From positions 2,444-66,443 of the IMG/VR virus record IMGVR_UViG_3300032007_000082: a stretch of DNA of 64,000 bases; one strand, 5' to 3'. The position numbers and the translations under genes were made by a program. Positions 8,400 to 17,966 of this stretch are shown here, one piece after another (the stretch's first letter is position 1; the number at the start of each line of letters is the position of its first letter). Origin of the DNA: a virus. The notes under the pieces are model-generated. The model was not told the DNA's origin. It ran no database searches and saw only the letters and a list, made by a program, of their open reading frames with translations.

Positions 8400-9467
8400 T
8401 TAACCATTTAAACCCTCTTCAACATTTTTCAGCACGCTCATCCTCGTGCTTCCTGATGTTTTTACTACTTTTAATCCGCTTTTTATCTTTTCAATTAACT
8501 GCTCCAGCTCTGGAATATCCTTGTCAGAATAATAAGTCGGATTGTAAGTTTTCAAATTTATCGTATAACCCTTGATTTCAATATTCTGCCGAGCAGTCGC
8601 CTTGACAACCGCTTTCAAGAAATCCTGATTATAACGATATTCATACATTGTTTTTTTATATTCAGCATCTTCCAGCGCCGCGCACATTTGCTCTAAATCC
8701 AGTTCGGCCATGTTCTTGCAGGCCACATCTTTCTTGTTTGAAGGGTCGTAATATTCGTCAATGCTCGCCTCGCCATCTTCAACCGACTTCATCCAGTTTG
8801 CACAAGCAATCGCCGACTGTTTTATGCTCTCTTGCAATTCCTCATCTGCCAGCACTTCAATCAAATCAGGTTCATATATGTCCTCGCCGTTTTCAACACA
8901 GCAAATAGCAATATGCCCTTTTGTCAGGCCACTGCAAAGCAGTTGTGTTTGCACTTGCAACTTGTAAAGTTCAAGCTTGATGTCTCTTTTGTCCTGATTT
9001 TTGATGTCAATGGTTTTACACTCTAATATCTCGCTCGCCCCGTCAGCAAACTCAATGATATAGTCGGGTGTTGCGCCGATTGGTTCAACTTTTAGCTTGT
9101 AAAGTGTTCGGCCGTTCGCCTTCAACTTTGCTCGTTTGTAGCGTTCGTCCCGCTCTTTCAAAACTTCAAAACCCTTCTCGCCGACAATTTCCTCGCATTG
9201 ATTGCCGAGTTCCATTGCTTTTGTTTTGATTGCCTCTTGATAGAGTTCCAAACGCTCGGCAGGCAGATGCTTTTCAACATAAAAAGCATATCTGCTCTTT
9301 GGTTTTCCGGGAGCGGCGACTTTGTCCAAAATGTCCTCGTAAAACAACCTCGTCGTCTCATCCTCGCAGAAATTCGCCAGTGCAAATGCCATTTCCGATG
9401 CAGTAATTATCTGCTGGCGTTCCTTCAACCAACTCTGCTCTGTTTTTGGTTTTTTTATTTCAAACAT
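8400..9467 (-). CDS. YqaJ/lambda-exonuclease family recombination nuclease
   Basis: WLKERQQIITASE, MELGNQCE, IGATPD, ILECKT, YKLQVQTQL motifs. Confidence 0.9.
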   Translation of the reverse strand: MFEIKKPKTEQSWLKERQQIITASEMAFALANFCEDETTRLFYEDILDKVAAPGKPKSRYAFYVEKHLPAERLELYQEAIKTKAMELGNQCEEIVGEKGFEVLKERDERYKRAKLKANGRTLYKLKVEPIGATPDYIIEFADGASEILECKTIDIKNQDKRDIKLELYKLQVQTQLLCSGLTKGHIAICCVENGEDIYEPDLIEVLADEELQESIKQSAIACANWMKSVEDGEASIDEYYDPSNKKDVACKNMAELDLEQMCAALEDAEYKKTMYEYRYNQDFLKAVVKATARQNIEIKGYTINLKTYNPTYYSDKDIPELEQLIEKIKSGLKVVKTSGSTRMSVLKNVEEGLNG

Positions 9468-9694
9468 ATTTTTTTAATCCTTTTAAACGCCATTATTACT
9501 TCTTCCCAATCTTTGCCTCGCTCTTCTAAAATCGCCTTGCAAAGTTCGATTTCTTTACGAATTTCCGCACTGTTGCAAACATCCTCGTCATATTCGTGTT
9601 TATCTTTTTCCCAAGCGCCAAGCCCATAACACGCGCAATAGAGTGGCTCTAAAACGCCAAGCAATGCTTCGCGAATATCGTCTTTTTTATTCAT
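9455..9694 (-). CDS. hypothetical protein
   Basis: 79-aa ORF overlapping its neighbours. Confidence 0.6.
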   Translation of the reverse strand: MNKKDDIREALLGVLEPLYCACYGLGAWEKDKHEYDEDVCNSAEIRKEIELCKAILEERGKDWEEVIMAFKRIKKICLK

Positions 9695-9986
9695 AATTTA
9701 AAACCCTCAAAATTTCATACGCCTCGCTCGCCCTTGCCTCATCGTGTTCCACTTCAACAAACTTGCCTGATTGTCGGTCATAACGCACGGTTATCGCGCC
9801 ATTGTTGCAAACTAAACAGCCAAGATGCTTTGTGCTCGGCCACATGAGAACCACGCCTTTTGTCTTCTGCTCTATCTCGTCACAAAAATCATTCAAATGA
9901 ATATCCATGATTGCCTTGCAAAGCTCGCGGACAGGCATGCCGTCAAACTGCTCGTTCGCAAATTCTTTAAGTGCTTTATTTATCAT
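9687..9986 (-). CDS. hypothetical protein
   Basis: first ORF after the promoter at about 10069. Confidence 0.65.
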   Translation of the reverse strand: MINKALKEFANEQFDGMPVRELCKAIMDIHLNDFCDEIEQKTKGVVLMWPSTKHLGCLVCNNGAITVRYDRQSGKFVEVEHDEARASEAYEILRVLNYE

Positions 9987-10039
9987 CGCATCACAAAAAT
10001 AAAACTCGTTTTGTAAAAAAGTTTTTACTTTTTACATCC

Positions 10040-10100
10040 ATTTTATAACATGTTTATTTTAAATGTCAAGTTTTTTTTACTAAAAATAAAAAAAAAAAAA
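10040..10100 (-). promoter_or_regulatory. leftward sigma70-type promoter
   Basis: TTGACA (10069-10064) and TGTTATAAAAT -10 region. Confidence 0.65.
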
Positions 10101-10132
10101 CGGAGCGTTTATTGACGGCAATATCCGCCATC

Positions 10133-10588
10133 TTAAAAGTTTTCAAAATATTGCGACATCTTCTCAAAACAACTTTTATCTGTTATAGCTCTTACAAACT
10201 CATCGCATTTGTCGGAGGAGTTTAGAACAATATAATTGAAACCAAGCGATTTTACTTTGCGCTCAAAGTTTTTCTGTAATTCACTTTGGCGCCCTTTACC
10301 TGCTTTCATTTCAACAAAAATTGATATACCACCTTCAAGCAGCACTTGTAAGTCCGCGACGCCAGCTTTTACACCTTCTTTGCGCAATCTATCGCCAATA
10401 ATCTTTCCGTGTATTGCATTCTTGCCGCGCAACTCGCCATTTGGAATTGCAAAGTAATAGACGCCATGCGCATCAAGCAGTTGGCACAGATAGCATTGCA
10501 AATCATGCTCGGGGTGTGTTGGTTTGCGCGTCACCTGCAACCCGAGCATCTGCCTGTATTCCTCTGCCGACATCGTATCACTTGGCAT
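10133..10588 (-). CDS. VRR-NUC domain nuclease (resolvase-like)
   Basis: EHDLQ...GVKAGVADL...FVEMKAGKGRQSELQKNF. Confidence 0.9.
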   Translation of the reverse strand: MPSDTMSAEEYRQMLGLQVTRKPTHPEHDLQCYLCQLLDAHGVYYFAIPNGELRGKNAIHGKIIGDRLRKEGVKAGVADLQVLLEGGISIFVEMKAGKGRQSELQKNFERKVKSLGFNYIVLNSSDKCDEFVRAITDKSCFEKMSQYFENF

Positions 10589-11411
10589 ATGTTTTAACGA
10601 TTATGTTTGCTATAATCTGTTCTAAAAACTCTTTTAAATCGCCACTCCCTGCAAACTCACCTTTAACAAGCTTTGCTATCATGGCCTTGAGGTTGTCAAC
10701 ATCATCGTGCAACTGTCTTACTTCAACCTCTAAATCGCCAATACGGATTTCATTGTATTTCTGCCCCAGCTTGTCAAGATAATCATCTGTTGCGGGTTTC
10801 TTTGCGTGCTCCTTGTTATCAAACTGGGTGATTTCACCCAGTTTGTCTTCTGTCTTGTCTTCCGCGCCTTTAAACTCGCCTTCTTGTTGAACCGCCTGCT
10901 TGATTGCGAAGGTGTCAAGTTTTGAGTTGTCTACATTTTGTGGAATACTGGTTTTATTGCGCGGGCTCCCACCAACATGTGGCATGCGCTTGAAATTCAA
11001 AATATCATCAGCAGTTATATCATCTGCTTTAATTCCTCTCGCTATCAGCGCCGCTCTTCTGTCTCGGGCTTTTTGAACGGACATGCAGTTTGCTTTTGCA
11101 AACTCTGTAATTGACGAATAGCCACAAAATGGAATACATACATAAAGACCTTTTCGTGTTGTTTTCTTCTCGTTTGTTTTCTCGCCCGCATCCTCATCAT
11201 CGGCATCCTCCTTGCATGTATTTTTACCACACAAACCGCTTTTCAAGGATTCCTCGGTTGTTGGTATTTCTTTTTTTATTGGCTGAAACTTTGCAGGGCT
11301 GTTGTTAACAACATCCATCCAGTTATAATTATAGTTGTCATCATCGTAATCTTGCTTTGGTGGCTGTTGCCTGCGCTGACAGTCCCATGGATTGTAAGTC
11401 ATAAATCCCAA
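10578..11411 (-). CDS. hypothetical protein with HTH-like segment
   Basis: YSSITEFAKANCMSVQKARDR helix-turn-helix-like segment; coiled C-terminus. Confidence 0.6.
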   Translation of the reverse strand: MGFMTYNPWDCQRRQQPPKQDYDDDNYNYNWMDVVNNSPAKFQPIKKEIPTTEESLKSGLCGKNTCKEDADDEDAGEKTNEKKTTRKGLYVCIPFCGYSSITEFAKANCMSVQKARDRRAALIARGIKADDITADDILNFKRMPHVGGSPRNKTSIPQNVDNSKLDTFAIKQAVQQEGEFKGAEDKTEDKLGEITQFDNKEHAKKPATDDYLDKLGQKYNEIRIGDLEVEVRQLHDDVDNLKAMIAKLVKGEFAGSGDLKEFLEQIIANIIVKTYAK

Positions 11412-11776
11412 ACTTTTTTACCTTTGAAATAAACCCCTGGAGCACTTGTCTCACCAAGTTTTTTGATTTCTTCAAATGAGAGGTTGGATAGTTCGGGGCA
11501 TAAATAACCTTCATTCTTTACGAATTCAAGATCTTCCGCATCCTGGATGGAGCCCCATCCTGCATATTCCCAGCCGTCCTCACCAACTTGATAGCATTCA
11601 ACTTCCTTGTCTGCATTGATTAAGTAAAAATGTTTATAATGCTCTTCATTGATTGGATCAAATATAATATCAAACAATATCTTCAACAATTCTTTATCAA
11701 CCAACACTTTCTCGGAATTATCACCGCTTGCTTTTGCCTCATCTTCCATTTTTACTTGAACTTCTTCCACTTCCAT
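11399..11776 (-). CDS. acidic hypothetical protein
   Basis: 125-aa Glu/Asp-rich ORF. Confidence 0.65.
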   Translation of the reverse strand: MEVEEVQVKMEDEAKASGDNSEKVLVDKELLKILFDIIFDPINEEHYKHFYLINADKEVECYQVGEDGWEYAGWGSIQDAEDLEFVKNEGYLCPELSNLSFEEIKKLGETSAPGVYFKGKKVWDL

Positions 11777-11874
11777 ATCAAAAACAAATCAAACACATCA
11801 AAACTAAACCAGCACTAACCGCAGCCGCAATGACCGCGCCCTTGCCGAATTTTTCTATAAAATTCATTGTCATA

Positions 11875-12081
11875 TCAATCCTTCAAAAACTTTTTGTCCA
11901 CAAAATTCACAACTGCGGCCGCTAGCATTAACAATAATACCAATCCAACAAACCCCTCAAACGACGCAACTTGAAGATTGCCACTGAAAAACTTTGCGAT
12001 AATATGTATTGACAATATTACCACGCACGCCCTTACAGACTCCCTACAAAAAAAACTCACAAATTTCAAAACACTCTTCAT
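11875..12081 (-). CDS. small membrane protein
   Basis: two hydrophobic segments. Confidence 0.55.
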   Translation of the reverse strand: MKSVLKFVSFFCRESVRACVVILSIHIIAKFFSGNLQVASFEGFVGLVLLLMLAAAVVNFVDKKFLKD

Positions 12082-12084
12082 AAC

Positions 12085-12420
12085 TCACTCACAAAACTCT
12101 TTTATATTTTCTTCTTCATGCGTTTTTACGTCACTGATGCAATTTAATATGAACGCAAGGACTGCAATTAACAGGGTTGCGATAATAAAAAAATATTCTT
12201 TGCAACGAAGTATTGCAATAAAACCATATGCCGCACCCACAAACAGCGCACCGATTATTAACGACAAAACAGCATTGAGCGCCGTCTTGCCAATATTAAA
12301 GTCGTCAGTATATCTGTAATAGTAATGCCGCGCTGTGTCAACAATATTTCTGAACTTGAACTTGATGTTATCAAGCGCGCTCTTCATTATTAATTTAATC
12401 CTTGTCATATTCAATATCAC
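12085..12420 (-). CDS. small membrane protein
   Basis: two hydrophobic segments; start uncertain. Confidence 0.55.
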   Translation of the reverse strand: MILNMTRIKLIMKSALDNIKFKFRNIVDTARHYYYRYTDDFNIGKTALNAVLSLIIGALFVGAAYGFIAILRCKEYFFIIATLLIAVLAFILNCISDVKTHEEENIKEFCE

Positions 12421-12646
12421 TCAAACCTGCTACACATGCTGATTGATTTTCGGGCATATTACACAGCGCCGCCAGCATGTATTGATTTTTTAACTGCTCT
12501 CGCTTGAGGGTGTTTGTGTCTATTTTTATTCTAATTGCTAAACTAATCGCAACCAACGCAACAGTCCATGTCAACCAAAACGCCCTTTTAATCGCTGGCT
12601 TTTCACCTTCAAACTTCAAATCTTCCAAAAACTCTTTAAAACTCAT
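12395..12646 (-). CDS. small membrane-anchored protein
   Basis: one hydrophobic segment. Confidence 0.55.
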   Translation of the reverse strand: MSFKEFLEDLKFEGEKPAIKRAFWLTWTVALVAISLAIRIKIDTNTLKREQLKNQYMLAALCNMPENQSACVAGLSDIEYDKD

Positions 12647-12655
12647 AAAACATCA

Positions 12656-13147
12656 TTAAAACGGGATATCATCATCAACAATCGGATCTTCGGGCTGCAA
12701 ATCGCCAGTCGGGACGTTGTTGTTATTGTTGTTTGTGTGCCAACCTTTATTTGGCTCTGTTTCGTTATTCTGTTTGTCGCTATATGATATGACAAATTTA
12801 AAATCCTCTAAAACGCATGTGAAATACTTATAGTAATTGTGTGTTTTACCATCAATTTCAAAAGGTTTAATCATATGGCTTTGCAACCTGCATGAGCCCG
12901 TGAAAAAATTGTTTTTGTCGTTTTTTATTCTATCTTGAAGCGCATTGGCTATTTTTTCATTAAAACACATAACTTTAACGACAAAATTGATGTCTTTTTT
13001 TTGCTCATCATTTTTATTTTTTCTGCTTACCAATACATTGAACTCAAACCAGTTCAAATTGCCGTCTTTTGATTGTTTTATTTGTGGCGCTTGTTTTTCA
13101 CCTGATAAAATCAAACATTCTGTAAAATGAAAATCCAAATTACTCAT
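12656..13147 (-). CDS. ssb: single-stranded DNA-binding protein
   Basis: C-terminal DDDIPF tail, Asn-rich linker, AAGGAG RBS before MSNLDF. Confidence 0.85.
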   Translation of the reverse strand: MSNLDFHFTECLILSGEKQAPQIKQSKDGNLNWFEFNVLVSRKNKNDEQKKDINFVVKVMCFNEKIANALQDRIKNDKNNFFTGSCRLQSHMIKPFEIDGKTHNYYKYFTCVLEDFKFVISYSDKQNNETEPNKGWHTNNNNNNVPTGDLQPEDPIVDDDIPF

Positions 13148-13301
13148 ATCATCTCCTTTAAACAATGCCCCTGGAAGCAACGCTGGGGCTAACGGTTTAA
13201 TAATTTTTATGTATGGAACCAATCACTCATCGCCTGCCTCCTGACAATTGGATGATTGGTGTTCGTTTTATTCTTGTCTTCTACCATATAAAAAAAACAA
13301 T

Positions 13302-13376
13302 ACTACTTCCCGCCTACTTTACGTTTCGCTACTTCCGAAGGTTCACTACTTTGCGTTTCACTACTTTGCGTTTCGG
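13302..13376 (-). repeat. degenerate ~15-nt tandem repeat (5 AAGTAG cores) in the leader of the leftward transcript
   Basis: GAAACGCAAAGTAGT x2 plus three variants. Confidence 0.7.
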
Positions 13377-13389
13377 TTGCTTGATTTAT

Positions 13390-13480
13390 TTTTTATGCAA
13401 AGTTTTTTAATTGTCAAGTGTTTTTTTTTTATTTTTAGTTTTTTTTTTCTTGACATTTAAAAAAGTCCATATATTGTTAT
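13390..13480. promoter_or_regulatory. divergent promoter region (leftward early operon / rightward XRE gene)
   Basis: TTGACA on the minus strand near 13412-13417 and on the plus strand at 13450-13455, separated by T-tracts. Confidence 0.6.
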
Positions 13481-13483
13481 CAC

Positions 13484-13732
13484 ATGACTAAAAAAAGAGC
13501 TACTAAAATAGACGAGGAATTGGCACAAAAAATTGTTGAAGCTCGGGAAGCAAGAGGCGTCACCCAAGTGTTTATGGCTAAACAAATCGGCGTTGTTCCA
13601 CAGCAACTTTTCAAATACGAACGCGGCAAAGACAGATTCAGTGCAGTTCGTTTCTTCAAAATATTAAAAGCTTTACACATTGATTTTTCAATAGATGACA
13701 AAGGGATTGCGGATGCGTTATCAAATATTTAA
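13484..13732 (+). CDS. XRE-family HTH transcriptional regulator
   Basis: REARGVTQVFMAKQIGVVPQQLFKYERGKDRFSA Cro/C1-type HTH. Confidence 0.9.
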   Translation: MTKKRATKIDEELAQKIVEAREARGVTQVFMAKQIGVVPQQLFKYERGKDRFSAVRFFKILKALHIDFSIDDKGIADALSNI

Positions 13733-13735
13733 AAT

Positions 13736-13945
13736 ATGATTAATGAAAGTAATAGGATTCAGTTTGAAAAAGGGATTATAGAATATGCATGGCTGGTTGA
13801 AGAACCACGAAGAAAGCTTTTTTTGACTATTGCGGCCGCCAAACTTAAAGAGGAGATTTACAAGTATAAAATATTGCCTACAAGTTTGTTGGGGTTTTGT
13901 AGTGAAATAGAAAGTGAAACAATTAGATCGTATCGCAAAAAGTAG
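13736..13945 (+). CDS. hypothetical protein
   Basis: 69-aa ORF 3 nt after the XRE gene. Confidence 0.5.
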   Translation: MINESNRIQFEKGIIEYAWLVEEPRRKLFLTIAAAKLKEEIYKYKILPTSLLGFCSEIESETIRSYRKK

Positions 13946-13947
13946 CA

Positions 13948-14817
13948 TCACTTAGCCCTTCGCACATTGCTCCGCCTGTCTACTTCTTTGAATGACAGAG
14001 AAATATTTGTGCTGGCTTTAATTGCATTGGAAGATTTAATTGAGCTGTCGGCTGTCATGCATATATTTTGAAACCGAAAACCGTTTACGGTAACATTTAC
14101 TAATAACCCATATGTTTTTGTTTTTTTATTGGCAAATTCACGCTGGCTACTATATTTTAACAAAAAATCTATCAGTTGTTGCGTTTTGGTTGTTAAAATC
14201 TGCTTGTTGTCTCCAAAAATTCTGTTAAAATCTCTTGCAACTGCTGTCGCGGCAGAAAGATGGCTGTTTATATTGTCAACTGTATCTCTTATTTGCGCAA
14301 CAGTTTTTTCAACTTCATCAGGAATCGCCGCCATAACATATTGCCTGACACCCAACGAACCCATGCTTGTGTCTGCTGTTGTGTAGACATCCGTAATCAT
14401 GGATGGTTCTTGAAAAAAACAGCAAAGTTCTGATATGGTGCCGTTGACAGTAACGGTTTTTAAAGGCCTGTTAAAGTAAGTTCCAATAGTCGCCCCTGTC
14501 GGCAACTGTTTCTCGCCAAAATTAACACCAATGCCACCGATGACAAAATCAAACTTTCCGATTAAATCAAAAAAACCTCTTTGAACTTTTTTTCTTGACA
14601 AAATTTTGTCCCACCATTGCGGCGGTGTGTTAGATGTCGGTGTTATAACCGTTTGTTCCAATGCCACTTCAATGCGGAAATCATCAACCGAACCAACTGG
14701 AATAATTCTGTCATCTCCTTGAAAAAAACCTCTTGAACCTTGCAATAATTGGCTTACTTCCTCTGTTCCGCTTATCGCATCTGGAATGCTATCAAAAAAA
14801 GCAGAAAAATCAGGCAT
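13948..14817 (-). CDS. putative tail/baseplate structural protein (tube-initiator-like)
   Basis: in the sheath-tube operon; P..VTVNGTIS...ISLSFKEV pattern. Confidence 0.5.
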   Translation of the reverse strand: MPDFSAFFDSIPDAISGTEEVSQLLQGSRGFFQGDDRIIPVGSVDDFRIEVALEQTVITPTSNTPPQWWDKILSRKKVQRGFFDLIGKFDFVIGGIGVNFGEKQLPTGATIGTYFNRPLKTVTVNGTISELCCFFQEPSMITDVYTTADTSMGSLGVRQYVMAAIPDEVEKTVAQIRDTVDNINSHLSAATAVARDFNRIFGDNKQILTTKTQQLIDFLLKYSSQREFANKKTKTYGLLVNVTVNGFRFQNICMTADSSIKSSNAIKASTNISLSFKEVDRRSNVRRAK

Positions 14818-14821
14818 ATTA

Positions 14822-15289
14822 TTACTCTATTCTTTGCCCTTGCCATTGGAAAGCGACCTCTTGATCCGAATTGCCGTGCACGTCAAAAGATGGCAGTTGT
14901 TGTGTAGGGAAGCATTTTATTGTTAAATACTTTTGCATGGTTCCAACCGTATTTAAAGCTTGTGGTATCCACAGCGCTGTTTCACCGCATAACAGCTGGG
15001 CGGACCCATTTACATCGCGTTGTCGCAACTTTTGTAAAACGGCTTCCCACGTTTGATTTAATATGCCAACATCTGTTGCGATACTCATGATGTTTTTAAA
15101 ATATAAAACTGACGACACAACTTCTTGTTCAACCGTAGGAGTAATTGTTGCACCTCCATTTGATAGAGAGACCTGTGGTTCCCCCATCGTGACTACTGGG
15201 TCCGAGTGGTCAAAACCATATAGACCAGTGCAATTTAGGCCTGCTAAAATCAACCTTCCATTTCCTTTTGTCCCCCAAAAACTGTTCAT
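14822..15289 (-). CDS. putative tail tube protein
   Basis: about 155 aa, immediately downstream of the sheath gene. Confidence 0.55.
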   Translation of the reverse strand: MNSFWGTKGNGRLILAGLNCTGLYGFDHSDPVVTMGEPQVSLSNGGATITPTVEQEVVSSVLYFKNIMSIATDVGILNQTWEAVLQKLRQRDVNGSAQLLCGETALWIPQALNTVGTMQKYLTIKCFPTQQLPSFDVHGNSDQEVAFQWQGQRIE

Positions 15290-15290
15290 A

Positions 15291-17282
15291 TTAATTAACC
15301 GTAAAACATATATTGTTAACAAACCCGAAGGCGCTTTTGTTAAGATTTATGATGATTGATAGAAGGTATTTCATACCATCTACTTTTACATCAAAAATTC
15401 CAAGCCCAAGATCTTTTATGCCCTTAACGATTTCCTCTGTTGTTTCTGTCAGACCAAGTAAGTTGCGGGCACTTGATGCTGATTGTTCTGATATTTCTGC
15501 CGATAAAGCGCCGTTTCTGAGCATGATACACCCAAGATTCATCAACTCGCCAACCAAAGTGTCACGGCTCTTCACTGATAAATCAGCTTCGCCGTTCCTC
15601 TTCAAATCTATTTGCAAAGAATTAATTTTCTGAACTACATATGCGCCAATGATTGCGTTTTTAAACCCAAACGAGTTAATGTCATTGTGTGTAGAATACG
15701 CCCACCCTATTGTCTTGATATAGGCAACACAAGGCACTCCTGCATCTGCCAGCCCCCTTGCTTCATCTGTTGTAATACTTACAGAGGAATTAAAGCCGTT
15801 CATTTCTACTGTCATCAGGTCAATGTTGGGGACGCGATTGTCTTTTTTCGCATAATCTTTGGATGCCAACACGGACATTAAAAACGCAGTGCATTGCTGT
15901 GTAACCGCTTTGCCAAGCCCAAACCTACCGCAACTTTGCGCAAAATATGGCCGTGAATCAAGGGCTATATAGTCTTGCCAAAATTTGCATTCAAACGGAT
16001 CGGGATGTGTATATGCAAAACACGATGGGAATGTTGGATATATTTTGGTTTTTGTTTGGCTGACAATATCGGCAACATCAGAACAAGATAAATCAAACGA
16101 TGTCATAAAGACGCCAGCAAACGTGCGCTTGTCGTAGTCGTTAACCTCAATCAGCGCATCTGAAATCGTGCGGGCGCCGCTTACAGCATTACTTCCATTG
16201 ATAAATTTTGATGAGGTTGATGGTTTGGTAACCGAGACGTCCGCGTTCAAATAGTCGGAAGCGGCCAAATCTACCACATCTGCCAAGCCGCTTTCGTCGG
16301 CAACTATGTCAATGGTTTCGTTGTCGCCAAATTGTTCTCTTTTGAGGTAAAACATAATTTTACCTCCCCATGCCATTACTCTTACAATACCTTTAATGTG
16401 GGTGTCTAAATCCATTTTGTCTTGTAAAAACACTGACAAGTCCTCAATTCTATCAAAGGTTTGTGTCATTTCAAAACTAACAACAAACGGCTCCCCGTTA
16501 ATCTCTAAATTCAAATGACATGTTTTTCCTTGTATTTCTTCGTTATTAAAGTTTGCCAAAACGATGTCGCCCGATACAACATTTGCGTACCGCTTGTTGC
16601 CAATCAGAATTCCAACATCATCGGCCGCCGCGCCATATGTGTCAATTGTAAAAGAATGGTACGGCCCGAACCCTACTGTTTCCGCGATTAAATTATACTC
16701 GGCGTTTTCATTTTCGCCGTTTATCACGACTTTTTTTTCAATTTCAAAATAGATGTTAAGGTTACCTGTATTTAACACTTCTGCAACGGCTCTTAAACTT
16801 GCCTCTTCGTCAAGTTCGTTATTTTCATTTGTTCGTTTGCAAGTGGAAAAATCCAAAGAATATAACCAGCTTGTTGAGCGTAGGAGGCTCGCGGCGTTTA
16901 TGCCCTTTGTGCTATCAACATATCTATGTCTGGCCGCATAGCTTCCGTTTGTAATATATTCAAAGTCAGAAAAGTGTATATTAGGGACAATATATTTTCC
17001 GCGTGTAGCATCTACAAAGTCAATCAGCTCAACTATTGTAAGCTGTCCTTGTGTGCTTCTAAACGAGGCAGACGGCGCAAACATTGCTTCCGCTATTAAA
17101 TATGTCTTTGTGTTGGTTCCAAATGCCTTTTCAATATCTTCAAGCGCCGTAAAAGTATTTACGCGGGCTGGCATGTTGCTTTTTTCATTGGTAACAAGGC
17201 AATAGTTGCCAGGCCCATAATTTCTTACAACAGCCGCACTGATATTATTTTGGATGTACAAATCCATTGGGTTAACCGTCAT
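15291..17282 (-). CDS. contractile tail sheath protein (DUF3383-like)
   Basis: RVNTFTALEDIEKAFGTNTKTYLIAEAMFA N-terminal motif; 663 aa. Confidence 0.7.
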   Translation of the reverse strand: MTVNPMDLYIQNNISAAVVRNYGPGNYCLVTNEKSNMPARVNTFTALEDIEKAFGTNTKTYLIAEAMFAPSASFRSTQGQLTIVELIDFVDATRGKYIVPNIHFSDFEYITNGSYAARHRYVDSTKGINAASLLRSTSWLYSLDFSTCKRTNENNELDEEASLRAVAEVLNTGNLNIYFEIEKKVVINGENENAEYNLIAETVGFGPYHSFTIDTYGAAADDVGILIGNKRYANVVSGDIVLANFNNEEIQGKTCHLNLEINGEPFVVSFEMTQTFDRIEDLSVFLQDKMDLDTHIKGIVRVMAWGGKIMFYLKREQFGDNETIDIVADESGLADVVDLAASDYLNADVSVTKPSTSSKFINGSNAVSGARTISDALIEVNDYDKRTFAGVFMTSFDLSCSDVADIVSQTKTKIYPTFPSCFAYTHPDPFECKFWQDYIALDSRPYFAQSCGRFGLGKAVTQQCTAFLMSVLASKDYAKKDNRVPNIDLMTVEMNGFNSSVSITTDEARGLADAGVPCVAYIKTIGWAYSTHNDINSFGFKNAIIGAYVVQKINSLQIDLKRNGEADLSVKSRDTLVGELMNLGCIMLRNGALSAEISEQSASSARNLLGLTETTEEIVKGIKDLGLGIFDVKVDGMKYLLSIIINLNKSAFGFVNNICFTVN

Positions 17283-17319
17283 AATCTTAAAACTGCCGAT
17301 AGTTTGTATGCGACAATTT

Positions 17320-17344
17320 AAATGTCAAGATGATGTTGACATTT
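17320..17344. promoter_or_regulatory. back-to-back TTGACA inverted repeat at a divergent junction
   Basis: AAATGTCAA-GATGATG-TTGACATTT. Confidence 0.55.
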
Positions 17345-17369
17345 ATAAAAGATATGTAGTTTTGCACAC

Positions 17370-17966
17370 ATGAAACACAATGAACTTAATGAAGGTGTAT
17401 GCGTTCACGCCAAGCAAGTGACATACAGATACAGCAAAGTTCACAACACAAGTGAAATGGTTTTGGCACTCTACCAATACGTTTACGACATAAGACAAAA
17501 AAATAACAAAAAGGTGTTTGTGAATGAGAATGATGAATTGGGCGGTTATTACATAGCGCGCAACAGCTTTGCAAGTATTTTATACATTTTTCCAAAGAGA
17601 ATGCTTCAAGATGTTGAAACGAAACAAGACGAATATGGGCTGATTGCAATCGCGGAGGAAAAAGAAGCGACTGATATTGCACACAAACACAATATTAACG
17701 ACGATACAAAAACCGAGGGTGCATTGTGCCACTTGCCAACCATTATCTATCAACACATCGGAGAGGACAAAACGCTCACCTCGCCGCATTATGTACTTGG
17801 GGAGTTAAACGGCCAAATGTTTTACTTGATACCCGACAAGCTTTTTGGCGAGAACTTTATCACTCTCAAAGCGCCTGATAGCGATGAAGATATGCAAGTG
17901 GATCTGACAAAATTTAATATTTCACTCAAAAAAACAAAAGCTAGTGAACTACCCCTCCATGAATGA
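17370..17966 (+). CDS. hypothetical protein; last codons supplied by the IS right end
   Basis: 198-aa ORF reads into the IS end at 17944. Confidence 0.7.
   Translation: MKHNELNEGVCVHAKQVTYRYSKVHNTSEMVLALYQYVYDIRQKNNKKVFVNENDELGGYYIARNSFASILYIFPKRMLQDVETKQDEYGLIAIAEEKEATDIAHKHNINDDTKTEGALCHLPTIIYQHIGEDKTLTSPHYVLGELNGQMFYLIPDKLFGENFITLKAPDSDEDMQVDLTKFNISLKKTKASELPLHE

Noticed and set aside
13302-13376. Possible mini CRISPR array
   Set aside because: Units are about 15 nt with no unique spacers, and there are no cas genes
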